Source: Euryarchaeota archaeon UBA136
GTDB taxonomy: Archaea > Thermoplasmatota > Poseidoniia > MGIII > CG-Epi1
DNA length: 50,965 bases
Direction: 5' to 3'
NCBI GenBank assembly: GCA_002506485.1
Contig: DAXQ01000076.1
Location: forward strand, 1-50,965
Below, in pieces: positions 17,521 through 26,060 of the stretch. Under the pieces are notes generated by a model that saw only the letters and a program-made list of their open reading frames with translations, did no database searches and was not told the DNA's origin. Numbering within the stretch: position 1 is the first letter of the stretch; each line of letters starts with the position of its first letter. The position numbers were made by a program, and so were the translations under genes.

Positions 17521-17712
17521 TCAGTCGTAGGGTAAGAGTTCATCTATTAAGTCTAGATGAGAAACAAAAATCTTTCTGCAGCAATATCGTTTTATCCCTA
17601 AGTCATTCATAACTTCAGCAGGATCTTCTCCATTATCTTTCCTTTCAATAAACTCTTCGTAAGAGCCGCCTATAACCTTGTTACAACTAAAACATCTAAC
17701 TGGTACTAGCAT
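17521..17712 (-). CDS. rpoN: DNA-directed RNA polymerase subunit N (Rpo10)
   Basis: 63 aa. It begins MLVPVRCFSCNKVIG and contains RYCCRK, the Zn-binding Rpo10/RPB10 pattern. Confidence 0.93.
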   Translation of the reverse strand: MLVPVRCFSCNKVIGGSYEEFIERKDNGEDPAEVMNDLGIKRYCCRKIFVSHLDLIDELLPYD

Positions 17713-17718
17713 TTGTTT

Positions 17719-18120
17719 TCACCTGTATGATTTTTGCCTCTTTTTACGCGCACCTCTACCCATAGGATGTTTGGGTTCTTTACGCCTTGTGTCATTGACC
17801 AGAAGGGCACGGTCATAATTCTGGAACAGTTTTTGTAAATCATCATCCTTGAACCACTCTATAATGCCTCTGGCTATTGCAGTCCTTGTGGCTTCAGCCT
17901 GGCCCATGACTCCACCTCCATAAACATCAATATTTATGTCAATCCTATTGGTCTGCTTACCAGCCAATTCCAGAGGCTCCTGTATTTTCAGTCTGGCTAA
18001 TTCAGGCTGATAGAATTCAACAGGTTTTTTGTTTATTCTTATACGGCCCTTACCAGAACGTACAGTAGCTCTAGCTATCGCGGTTTTTCTCTTCCCACTG
18101 GTATGAATCACTTTAGCCAT
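17719..18120 (-). CDS. rps9: 30S ribosomal protein S9 (uS9)
   Basis: 133 aa. It has [20 protein letters not shown] and a C-terminal KKRQKSYR. Confidence 0.95.
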   Translation of the reverse strand: MAKVIHTSGKRKTAIARATVRSGKGRIRINKKPVEFYQPELARLKIQEPLELAGKQTNRIDINIDVYGGGVMGQAEATRTAIARGIIEWFKDDDLQKLFQNYDRALLVNDTRRKEPKHPMGRGARKKRQKSYR

Positions 18121-18533
18121 TAAAATTTCGCCCCCAATACTTTTGATACTTCACCTAAAGTGACATATTTCGAGTAATTGTTCATTTTTGCCCCATCGAC
18201 CATCTCGACTTTTTCATCTCCTACAGACGCAGGTTTACCAACATCTACTTTCAGCCTTTTGAAAGCCTCTCTTCCTCTCGGTTTCTGGTAGGGTATCATT
18301 CCTCTGACAGCCCTCTTCAGCATTAGGTGGGGCATCCTTGGATAATAGGGTCCTTTTCTTGGATGATTAAGCTTTCTTTTTCCGATGTACTCTCCAAAGA
18401 CCATCTCTTTCGTACCTGAAAATACAGCCATTTCAGCATTGATTACATGGATCTGATCGCCATTCAATAGTCCTTTGGCTACAGAACTTGCTAATCTACC
18501 GACTATACAATCACTAGCATCTATAATTCTCAT
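18120..18533 (-). CDS. rpl13: 50S ribosomal protein L13 (uL13)
   Basis: 137 aa. It has [13 protein letters not shown] and [11 protein letters not shown]. There is a 1-nt overlap with rps9. Confidence 0.95.
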   Translation of the reverse strand: MRIIDASDCIVGRLASSVAKGLLNGDQIHVINAEMAVFSGTKEMVFGEYIGKRKLNHPRKGPYYPRMPHLMLKRAVRGMIPYQKPRGREAFKRLKVDVGKPASVGDEKVEMVDGAKMNNYSKYVTLGEVSKVLGAKF

Positions 18534-18904
18534 CAGCCAATCACCATTACATTTGTTCCCTTTGGATTCGATTTTATAAAATCATTATACGATAAGCACT
18601 TTCCGCCTGCAGCTTCTATTTTTTTTACGGCCGATTGAGTGAAACTATAGGCCGTAACCGTCACTTTCTTTGTTATTGTACCGGCTCCTAGTAATTTTCC
18701 TGGGACAACTACTTTAGAATTCTTATCTGCATTGTATTCAAGTTTACTTATGTTCACCGATGGCCAACTTTGGGAAGGTCCTTCCAACCGAATAGCTACA
18801 CTTCGCCACAAGGGAGCTTCGTTTTTTCGTGCTGCATTCTTGAGATTAGTAATAGCTTTTACTAGCTCAGAATTGCTCTTCCGGTTAATTTGTTTCAGCG
18901 ACAT
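18533..18904 (-). CDS. rpl18e: 50S ribosomal protein L18e (eL18)
   Basis: 123 aa. It sits immediately upstream of L13-S9-RpoN, as in the conserved archaeal cluster. The N-terminus is basic and the VVVPGKLLGAG block is present. Confidence 0.85.
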   Translation of the reverse strand: MSLKQINRKSNSELVKAITNLKNAARKNEAPLWRSVAIRLEGPSQSWPSVNISKLEYNADKNSKVVVPGKLLGAGTITKKVTVTAYSFTQSAVKKIEAAGGKCLSYNDFIKSNPKGTNVMVIG

Positions 18905-18957
18905 CGCTAGGGGTAATCCACTTGGGTTGGCGGCCAGTCTGTGCCGTATATAAAGTA

Positions 18958-19563
18958 TTAGTCGGACTTTATTTTAATATGTCGTCCATTTATAACTATT
19001 TTTCCAGAACACAATAATTGTAATGCTTTGGGTAGTATCTGGTGCTCATACTTCAAAATCTTATCAGCCAGGCTTTCCTCAGTTTCACCATCTGATAAAG
19101 TTACGGAAGTCTGCATTATTATGGGCCCTGAATCAATCCCTTCATCAACTAGGTGAGCTGTGCATCCGCTTACCTTGACTCCGTATTTTATTGCATCCCG
19201 GTGCGCGTTGGCTCCTGAAAAAGAGGGTAATAATGAGGGGTGGATATTCAGAATCCGATTTCTGTAAGTATCAATAAATTCAGGTGTGAGGATTCTCATA
19301 AAACCTGCTAATACTACTATTTCGATATTCAGTTCTTTCAATAATTTTAGGACACTTTGATCAAATTCTCCTCTGGTCCTGTCATGAGATGTGATTACAG
19401 TATAGTTTATTCTGTGTTTTTTTGCTCTTTTGATGGCATAAGCGTCCTTCTTATTTACAATGAGATGAGCGAGGTCAGCATCAGGCATTTCACCTCTCTC
19501 AGCAGCATCAATAAGTGCTTGGAAGTTGCTTCCTCTTCCGGAAGCCATTACACCTACCCTCAT
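18958..19563 (-). CDS. purN: phosphoribosylglycinamide formyltransferase
   Basis: 201 aa. It has ASGRGSNFQALIDA and NIHPSLLPSF followed by GCTAHLVDEGIDSGPII. Confidence 0.9.
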   Translation of the reverse strand: MRVGVMASGRGSNFQALIDAAERGEMPDADLAHLIVNKKDAYAIKRAKKHRINYTVITSHDRTRGEFDQSVLKLLKELNIEIVVLAGFMRILTPEFIDTYRNRILNIHPSLLPSFSGANAHRDAIKYGVKVSGCTAHLVDEGIDSGPIIMQTSVTLSDGETEESLADKILKYEHQILPKALQLLCSGKIVINGRHIKIKSD

Positions 19564-19587
19564 AATCTACTATGAAGGCTGTTCTCT

Positions 19588-20229
19588 TTAATTATTGCTT
19601 TTGGAATACTTTAGCAGGATTCCATCACCTAATGTCTGGGCATCATCTAGTTTTAGTCTTAGGATGTCATTTAATTCTAGAGTGCCATCACCCCCAGCAA
19701 TGGTGGGTGTCATTTTCCCACCTATTATCATACTGGAAATAAATATATTGAATTCATCGAATAGTTCATTTTTTAGGAAAGACCACATGACCGTCTCACC
19801 GCCTTCTACCAATACAGATTTTACTCCTTTATTGTTAAGTTCTTTCAGCAGTCTTGGAAGATCGACCTCGTCGGTTCCACATTTTATTATTTCTGCGTTT
19901 TGGATAGGGGTCGGTTCGATCCCTTCACCTATGGCAAGAATTGTTTTACTTTTACCATCAAGTATTTTAGCATTTCTTGGAGTCCTACATTTAGTGTCCA
20001 GCACTATCCTTATTGGATTCTTGGCGGAATTATATTTTGGATTGACGGTTAGTGAGGGGTTGTCTTCAATAATGGTTCCTATACCTACCAATATGGCATC
20101 ATATTTACTTCTAAGAAGATGTACCCTTTCAAAATCTTCATTATTTGACAGTTCCAGTCGCTGTCTATTCGAAAGTGCTATCTTGCCATCTGCTGAGGCG
20201 GCACAATTGAGTATTATTTTCGGTCTCAC
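19588..20229 (-). CDS. 2,5-diamino-6-ribosylamino-4(3H)-pyrimidinone 5'-phosphate reductase (RibD C-terminal-type, archaeal riboflavin pathway)
   Basis: 213 aa. It has the DHFR-like RibD_C pattern (ILNCAASADGKIA, VGIGTIIEDNPSLT, VLVEGGETV). Confidence 0.8.
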   Translation of the reverse strand: MRPKIILNCAASADGKIALSNRQRLELSNNEDFERVHLLRSKYDAILVGIGTIIEDNPSLTVNPKYNSAKNPIRIVLDTKCRTPRNAKILDGKSKTILAIGEGIEPTPIQNAEIIKCGTDEVDLPRLLKELNNKGVKSVLVEGGETVMWSFLKNELFDEFNIFISSMIIGGKMTPTIAGGDGTLELNDILRLKLDDAQTLGDGILLKYSKSNN

Positions 20230-20286
20230 GTTTTTCTATCGGCGGACTGTTAAAATATAATGGGTATATACTCAAAACTGAGTAGC

Positions 20287-21096
20287 TCAGTATTGTTCTT
20301 CTTCATTGGGAAAATTTCCGGACTTTACATCTTTCACATAGCTTTCCACCGCGTCGTTAATATCCTTATACAAATTAAGATACCTTCGCAAGAACCTTGG
20401 ATTAAATTCATGTGTCATTCCCAGCATGTCATGTAAGACTAGTACCTGTCCATCAACATCGGGACCAGCCCCAATACCTATGATTGGGATTCTTACGGAC
20501 CTGGTTACTTTTTTGGCTAATTTTGCTGGAATTTTTTCTAACACTATAGAGAAACATCCTGTTTTCTCCAGAAGTTTTGCATCCTCCACTAGTTTTTTTG
20601 CTTCAGCATTTTCCTTGGCTCTAACAGTATAAGTTCCAAATTTGTAAATTGACTGAGGCGTTAGACCCAGATGTCCCATGACTGGAATTCCAGCTGTCAG
20701 AATTCTTTCTATGGATTCAATTATCTCAGATCCTCCTTCTAATTTAACAGCATGTGCCCCTGCCTCTTTCATTATTCGTATTGATGATTCTAAGGCTCTT
20801 TGGGAATCTCCCTGATAGGATCCGAAAGGAAGATCAACGACAACTAGTGATCTTTTTACAGCTCTTACAACAGAAGATGCATGATAGATCATATTGTCTA
20901 AAGTAATTGGCAGTGTTGTTTCATGGCCAGCCACTACATTAGATGCGGAGTCTCCAACCAGGATTACATCAATTCCAGCATCATCTACAATTTTAGCTAA
21001 GGTGTAGTCATATGAAGTAAGCATTGAAATCTTTTCATCACGTGCCTTCATTTCTTGCAATACATTGGTTGTAATTCTTTTGTATTCCTGATTCAT
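20287..21096 (-). CDS. panB: 3-methyl-2-oxobutanoate hydroxymethyltransferase (ketopantoate hydroxymethyltransferase)
   Basis: 269 aa. It has MLTSYDY, ILVGDS, VKLEGG and GHLGLTPQS. Confidence 0.92.
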   Translation of the reverse strand: MNQEYKRITTNVLQEMKARDEKISMLTSYDYTLAKIVDDAGIDVILVGDSASNVVAGHETTLPITLDNMIYHASSVVRAVKRSLVVVDLPFGSYQGDSQRALESSIRIMKEAGAHAVKLEGGSEIIESIERILTAGIPVMGHLGLTPQSIYKFGTYTVRAKENAEAKKLVEDAKLLEKTGCFSIVLEKIPAKLAKKVTRSVRIPIIGIGAGPDVDGQVLVLHDMLGMTHEFNPRFLRRYLNLYKDINDAVESYVKDVKSGNFPNEEEQY

Positions 21097-21184
21097 AAGT
21101 TTGCCTTTTGAGGTGTCTATATTAGGATGGGACTAGTTATTATTTAGTATTTTATTTCTAGTTATCTTTGGTCATGAGACCTAA

Positions 21185-21197
21185 CTCTTTTAATAGG
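21185..21197 (+). promoter_or_regulatory. TATA-like element upstream of the nuo cluster
   Basis: CTCTTTTAATAGG is centred about 26 nt upstream of the nuoA GTG (21217). It is the only AT-rich box in the 120-bp panB/nuoA divergent spacer at a suitable distance. Confidence 0.35.
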
Positions 21198-21216
21198 GAT
21201 TGACAACAGGGTATTC

Positions 21217-21576
21217 GTGTTGGCACACGAGTATATCCCTATAGGGATTTTTGCACTTATTGCACTCACATTTCCTGTGCTGACCTTCTTTATCGGAAGG
21301 TTCTTTCGGCCTCATAATGACAATGCTCTCAAAAATTCAACTTATGAGTGTGGAGAGGTTCCTAGAGGCGAAGCTCATATTCAGTTTCATTTTCAGTACT
21401 ATATGTTTGCTATACTGTTTGTCATTTTTGATTTAGTAGTAGTTTTTCTAGTCTTGTGGGTTCAAGTATATCTTGATTTGGAGGTATCAGCTAAAGTTGT
21501 AATGTTGTTGTTTCTCCTGCTGACCTTGCTGGGTCTGTGGTACGCTTTTAGAAAAGAGGATGTAATCTGGATATGA
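21217..21576 (+). CDS. nuoA: NADH-quinone oxidoreductase subunit A
   Basis: 119 aa with 3 TM helices and the conserved YECGE loop. Confidence 0.9.
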   Translation: MLAHEYIPIGIFALIALTFPVLTFFIGRFFRPHNDNALKNSTYECGEVPRGEAHIQFHFQYYMFAILFVIFDLVVVFLVLWVQVYLDLEVSAKVVMLLFLLLTLLGLWYAFRKEDVIWI

Positions 21577-22214
21577 GTTCTAAGAAAGTACGTGGCAATC
21601 CTGGTCTTAGAAGAGGTGTGGGTTCTAAAACAACTGATTTAGACGAAATAATGGAAGACCCTCCTGCAGGAGATTGGCTTACTCTTCGTTCAGATCAACT
21701 GTTAGAATGGATAGATAACGCTGTTTACAATGTTGCTGAAACCACTGGAATGCGCGAAGTCGTCAATCGAGTAACTAGACCTATCTTCAATTATGGGCAA
21801 AGATTCTCTCCTCATCCGCTTCACTTTGGTATAATGTGTTGCGCTATTGAGATGGGTCAGGCCTCTGCACCGGACCATGATATAGACCGACTTGGTCTGG
21901 TTTACCGTTCTTCCCCAAGGCAGTGTGATGTGCTAATTGTCAATGGGCCTGTTTGTGAAAAACTGCGCCCTAAATTGAAGACACTTTATGAGCAAATGCC
22001 GGAACCCAAATGGGTTATTGCAATGGGCGAATGTGCAATATCAGGAGGTCCCTACTGGGATTCCTACTCTGTTGTAGCAGGTGCAGATACATTCATCCCT
22101 GTTGATGTATATATTCCAGGATGTCCGGTTAGACCTGAAGCTTTGATGCATGGTTTTCTGACTTTGCAAAAGAAGATCAGAGAAAAGGAACCAGGCATGT
22201 TCTTGAGACGTTAA
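21573..22214 (+). CDS. nuoB: NADH-quinone oxidoreductase subunit B (N2 cluster subunit)
   Basis: 213 aa. The N2 cluster ligands are present: tandem [14 protein letters not shown] and GCPVRPE. There is a 4-nt overlap with nuoA. Confidence 0.95.
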   Translation: MSSKKVRGNPGLRRGVGSKTTDLDEIMEDPPAGDWLTLRSDQLLEWIDNAVYNVAETTGMREVVNRVTRPIFNYGQRFSPHPLHFGIMCCAIEMGQASAPDHDIDRLGLVYRSSPRQCDVLIVNGPVCEKLRPKLKTLYEQMPEPKWVIAMGECAISGGPYWDSYSVVAGADTFIPVDVYIPGCPVRPEALMHGFLTLQKKIREKEPGMFLRR

Positions 22215-22216
22215 GT

Positions 22217-22696
22217 ATGGAAATCAAGGAGTTAATGCAAGAGTTATCAGCCCTTAAGGGAGTTAGCAACGCTTCAATGATTAGGGATAATGTAGTCAAA
22301 TTGGATATTGATAAGAATTCATCCAAAGAGTTTTTTACCAAATTGAGGGATGACTTTGGCTTTGAACATTGTTCATTGATAACTGCAATCGATAATCAAC
22401 CAGAATTTGAACTGGTTTATCATTTTACATCTGTAAACAAGTCCGTTACTGTTGGATCCACTGACATGTCTGTAATGATGGAGGCACATGTATTTCTTGA
22501 ACGGGATACACCTACCATAGAATCAATATCTGATTTATGGGGTGGTGCTAATTGGCATGAGAGAGAAGCTTTTGATCTGATGGGAATTTACTTTGTAGGC
22601 CATCCAGATTTGCGTCGTGTATTGTTACCAGAAGGTTTTGCTGGTCATCCGTTAAGGAAGGATTACGTGTATGAGATACACGAGGAGGAGTGGTAA
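22217..22696 (+). CDS. nuoC: NADH-quinone oxidoreductase subunit C
   Basis: 159 aa. It has the NuoC/30-kDa signature [24 protein letters not shown]. Confidence 0.9.
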   Translation: MEIKELMQELSALKGVSNASMIRDNVVKLDIDKNSSKEFFTKLRDDFGFEHCSLITAIDNQPEFELVYHFTSVNKSVTVGSTDMSVMMEAHVFLERDTPTIESISDLWGGANWHEREAFDLMGIYFVGHPDLRRVLLPEGFAGHPLRKDYVYEIHEEEW

Positions 22697-23790
22697 TGGC
22701 TGAGATGTGGATTAGTATGGGCCCGCAGCATCCAATGACCCATGGTCTCTGGACATTGAAGGTCAAGGTAGATGGTGAAACAATAACTGATGCAGATCCT
22801 GAATTAGGCTATCTCCACCGTTCAGTCGAGAAAATGGGCGAACGTCGTAAATATTTTATGAATACCACTTTGACGGATCGCCTTTGTTATGCTAGTTCTA
22901 CTACTTGGACACACAACTACGTTCTTACAGTCGAAGAATTAATGAATGTTGAAGTACCTGAAAGAGCAAAATACATACGTACGATTATGCTAGAACTTCA
23001 GAGATTAGCTTCTCATTTAATGTGGGCAGGAGCCTATATGCCTGATTTAGGACATATCACTGGAGCCCTTTATTTCTGGAGAGATCGTGAATTGTTCCTG
23101 AACCTTCTGGAGGTTCCAAGTGGAAGTCGTCTTCTCTACAATTATATTCGAATTGGTGGGGTGAAAAGGGACCTGCCAGATGGTTTTGTTGAAAAAACCG
23201 AGAGGGTCTTCAAACTATTTGAAAAACGACTGGATGAATATGCTGATCTTTTTGAAAATTCTAAGATTTTTCGCATGCGCACTGAGGATGTTGGTAATTT
23301 CACTGCAGCGCAGGCCCAGAATCTTGGAATAACTGGCCCCAATATGAGAGGATGTGGGACCAAATTTGATTTGAGAAAAAATGACCCCTATGAGATTTAT
23401 GAAGAAATAGACTGGGCTATTCAAACAAGAGAGGCAGGGCCTGGCTATAGTGATTGTTTCAGCCGATATATGGTTCGTATAGATGAGATGAAGGAATCAA
23501 TTCGGATAATTCGTGATTGTTTCAAAAAGATGCCCAAGGGACCAACCTTGGCCTCAGCTATTCCTGTTCGGGCTCAGGGAGAAGCTTTCCGTAGAACAGA
23601 GGATTCTAGGGGAGAGGCTCTGATGTATGTGGTTGGTGACGGAACAGATCGTCCCTATCGGTGGAAAATCAAAAGCCCGATGTTTACCACAATTTCAGCC
23701 TGCCCTCACTATCTCAAAGGGTACAAGCTTGCAGATATTCCCGCAATCATGGGTAGTATTGATATTTGTATAGGAGAGACTGACAAATGA
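22696..23790 (+). CDS. nuoD: NADH-quinone oxidoreductase subunit D
   Basis: It has GPQHPMTHG and LGYLHRSVEKM and ends IGETDK. I prefer ATG 22696 (TAATG overlap with the nuoC stop, GAGGAGGAG SD 6-14 nt upstream) over the track's GTG at 22690. Confidence 0.95.
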   Translation: MAEMWISMGPQHPMTHGLWTLKVKVDGETITDADPELGYLHRSVEKMGERRKYFMNTTLTDRLCYASSTTWTHNYVLTVEELMNVEVPERAKYIRTIMLELQRLASHLMWAGAYMPDLGHITGALYFWRDRELFLNLLEVPSGSRLLYNYIRIGGVKRDLPDGFVEKTERVFKLFEKRLDEYADLFENSKIFRMRTEDVGNFTAAQAQNLGITGPNMRGCGTKFDLRKNDPYEIYEEIDWAIQTREAGPGYSDCFSRYMVRIDEMKESIRIIRDCFKKMPKGPTLASAIPVRAQGEAFRRTEDSRGEALMYVVGDGTDRPYRWKIKSPMFTTISACPHYLKGYKLADIPAIMGSIDICIGETDK

Positions 23791-25016
23791 CCTTATTCGA
23801 TGCATGTAGAATTATGGCTGAATGGACAGTAAAGGTTCTCATACCGGTCTTTGAGTTTCAAGAAGGTCTTTTTCCTCCTTTCAGTAATCCTGCAGGTTGG
23901 GTCGCGGATTGGTTAGCAACAGAGGGGGGGCTGGATACAATGGCATGGTTTTATGCAGTCAACATCGCTTTTATGATAGGAATGACCAATCTGATTCTGG
24001 TTATCCATCTAGAGAGAAAAGTTGCTGCTAGAATTCAAGATCGTAGAGGCCCAATGCTATCTTTTAGATCTCTTCGTGAGTTAGGCGAGGACTTATCTGG
24101 TCAGGCACCTTCCTGGAAATTTAAGAAGAATTATAGTGGTATAGGGATTTTACAGAATCTAGCTGATGGAATCAAGGCCATTACCAAGGAATTAATTGTT
24201 CCGGCCAAGGCAGATAAATTTCTATTCACTATGGGGCCTATCATATTCATATCTTCATCTGTGTTTTTATTGGCTCTATTTCCTCTGTCAGATAGATTCG
24301 CAGCCTCTTCGGCACCGGCTGGCTTGATGGTGATTATGGCCGCTTTTTCCATAGCACCAATAGGGGTTTTGACCTCAGGTTGGGCGTCCAATAACAAATA
24401 TTCCATGATTGGAGGCATGCGTTCCGCGGCTCAGTTAATGTCGTATGAGATTCCTTTGCTTTTGAGCATGGCGGGTGTGTTTCTGTTAGCAGGGTCCTTT
24501 GATCCGGTTGTAATTGTGGAACAGCAACAAGCCTCTACCTGGTTTTTTGGTTTACCAATGTGGAATTTTATTCCCCAATTCATTGGTTTTGCTGTTTTCA
24601 TGATTTGTATCTTAGCTGAAGTTGAGCGCGTTCCATTCGATTTGCCGGAAGCCGAAGCTGAATTGGTTGAAGGCTGGACAACAGAGTATAGTGGAATTCG
24701 ATATATGTTGTTCCTAGCCGCAGAATATATCAGAGGATTTGCAGGTGCCGCGGTTGCGACTATCTTGTTTTTAGGTGGCTGGGCAGGTCCTTGGCCAGTA
24801 CCTCCCGAAATCTGGTTTTTGCTTAAGGTATATCTAATTCTTTTATTTTGGATTTTTATCCGCTGGTCAGTGCCCCGCATAAGAACCGACCAGATTCTTG
24901 TTCTGGGCTGGAAAAAGTTGCTACCTTTGTCTCTGATAAATCTCCTTATCGTTATATTTATGGTTGAGATTTACCCATATTTCACAGAGATAGTTAATCT
25001 TCCGGAGGTATTCTGA
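23787..25016 (+). CDS. nuoH: NADH-quinone oxidoreductase subunit H (longer than usual, at 409 aa)
   Basis: It has ERKVAARIQDRRGP, LQNLADGIK and EAEAELVEGWTTEYSG. About 45 extra N-terminal residues are present, plus an insert between RRGP and GILQ. Confidence 0.93.
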   Translation: MTLFDACRIMAEWTVKVLIPVFEFQEGLFPPFSNPAGWVADWLATEGGLDTMAWFYAVNIAFMIGMTNLILVIHLERKVAARIQDRRGPMLSFRSLRELGEDLSGQAPSWKFKKNYSGIGILQNLADGIKAITKELIVPAKADKFLFTMGPIIFISSSVFLLALFPLSDRFAASSAPAGLMVIMAAFSIAPIGVLTSGWASNNKYSMIGGMRSAAQLMSYEIPLLLSMAGVFLLAGSFDPVVIVEQQQASTWFFGLPMWNFIPQFIGFAVFMICILAEVERVPFDLPEAEAELVEGWTTEYSGIRYMLFLAAEYIRGFAGAAVATILFLGGWAGPWPVPPEIWFLLKVYLILLFWIFIRWSVPRIRTDQILVLGWKKLLPLSLINLLIVIFMVEIYPYFTEIVNLPEVF

Positions 25017-25792
25017 TGAGTGAAAAAAGTGAACTAGGAATTATGGATATTTTCGTTAATCCAATGAAAGTAACGATGAAGCAATTTTTCAAATCAACAT
25101 TTGGAAAACCAACCACAGTAATGTATCCTTTGGAAAGAAGGGATCCACCACCAACCTACAGAGGAATGAATGCCGTAATCTGGGATCTTTGTATTGGTTG
25201 TGGGATCTGTGCCGAGGTCTGCCCTAACAGATGTTTGAAGATGAAGCCTGTTGAATTATCGGACGATGAACAAGACAGGGCGTGGTACGGTTCACATCTG
25301 GCCAAACGGAAGCATAAACCCGAAAGGCCTGCAATAAATTTCGGCCACTGTATGTTTTGTGGATTCTGTGAGGATTATTGTCCGACCGGTGCTATGACCA
25401 TGACGGATTTTTACGAATTGGCAGATACTAATCGTGAAGGATTGATTTATCCTGCCCGGTCAATGAAAGTCGACCTCGAAGATCTTCCTCAACTTCCCCT
25501 TACGAATTATATGATGGAATCTCCCGTACTGGATGTTGATCCCTGTATTGGATGTAGTAAATGTGTGGACAATTGCCCTACCAATTGTATTATCATGGAT
25601 GTAGGGCCTCAGGATAAGACGCTTAAAAGTGGCAAGGTCCGGAATGTGGAAAATCCATATTTTGACTATACTATTTGTATTGGCTGTTCGACCTGTGTCA
25701 AGGTTTGTCCAGCAGATTGCCTGCATATGGAACCAATAAGCAACTCAAGTTCAAGTGGACTGACTACTGAGGAATCCCCGACCGAGGCCTGA
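25016..25792 (+). CDS. nuoI: NADH-quinone oxidoreductase subunit I with an additional C-terminal 2x[4Fe-4S] ferredoxin domain
   Basis: 258 aa. There are four CxxCxxCxxxCP motifs: CIGCGICAEVCP, CMFCGFCEDYCP, CIGCSKCVDNCP and CIGCSTCVKVCP. The SD GGAGGT lies at 25004-25009, and the start overlaps the nuoH stop as TGATG. Confidence 0.93.
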   Translation: MSEKSELGIMDIFVNPMKVTMKQFFKSTFGKPTTVMYPLERRDPPPTYRGMNAVIWDLCIGCGICAEVCPNRCLKMKPVELSDDEQDRAWYGSHLAKRKHKPERPAINFGHCMFCGFCEDYCPTGAMTMTDFYELADTNREGLIYPARSMKVDLEDLPQLPLTNYMMESPVLDVDPCIGCSKCVDNCPTNCIIMDVGPQDKTLKSGKVRNVENPYFDYTICIGCSTCVKVCPADCLHMEPISNSSSSGLTTEESPTEA

Positions 25793-25796
25793 TAGT

Positions 25797-26060
25797 TTGG
25801 ATTTAGCGATTCTCATTTTCTGGGGTCTGGCGAGTTTAATCCTAGCTTCAGCCTGGGCCGTTGTAAATGGGAATGATATTGTTCATGCCGTTGTCTGGTT
25901 GGCAACTGTTTTCTTGTTGACAGCATGCCTATTCATTTTGGCCGACGCTGAATTCTTGGCAGTTATCCAGGTCTTGGTCTATGTGGGTGCTATTTCCGTG
26001 GTCATAATATTTGGAATCATGCTCACTAAGAGAACTCTAAAAGGTGGTGAAGATGTCTAG
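25797..26060 (+). CDS. nuoJ: NADH-quinone oxidoreductase subunit J, N-terminal part (TM1-3; nuoJ1)
   Basis: 87 aa with a TTG start. The NuoJ/ND6 core FLAVIQVLVYVGAISVVIIFGIML is present. Confidence 0.8.
   Translation: MDLAILIFWGLASLILASAWAVVNGNDIVHAVVWLATVFLLTACLFILADAEFLAVIQVLVYVGAISVVIIFGIMLTKRTLKGGEDV

Noticed and set aside
19595-20260. 221-aa plus-strand ORF spanning the whole riboflavin reductase gene
   Set aside because: It is an exact antisense shadow of a well-supported gene. It has a low-complexity Ser/Leu/Phe-rich translation and no start context. The same reasoning applies to 15237-15797 (antisense to the ABC ATPase), 4516-4929 and 5461-5937 (thermosome), 24431-24880 (nuoH), 29716-30075 (nuoM), 35337-35837 and other ORFs inside carB, 44138-44467 (nadK) and 49710-50012 (the acidic membrane protein).
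21573-21830. N-terminal extension of NuoB as a further novel domain
   Set aside because: The tandem Cys lies at residues 89-90. That is only about 25 residues later than in E. coli NuoB as I remember it. The segment is low-complexity and basic. I cannot judge it as a distinct domain without an alignment.
26040-26060. The NuoJ split as a frameshift-derived pseudogene or sequencing error
   Set aside because: The second part has its own strong SD (AGGTGGTGA) and ATG. The overlap geometry is like the other coupled genes here, and J1/J2 splits are known in archaea. I cannot exclude a single-base error without reads, so the check is listed under the corresponding finding.
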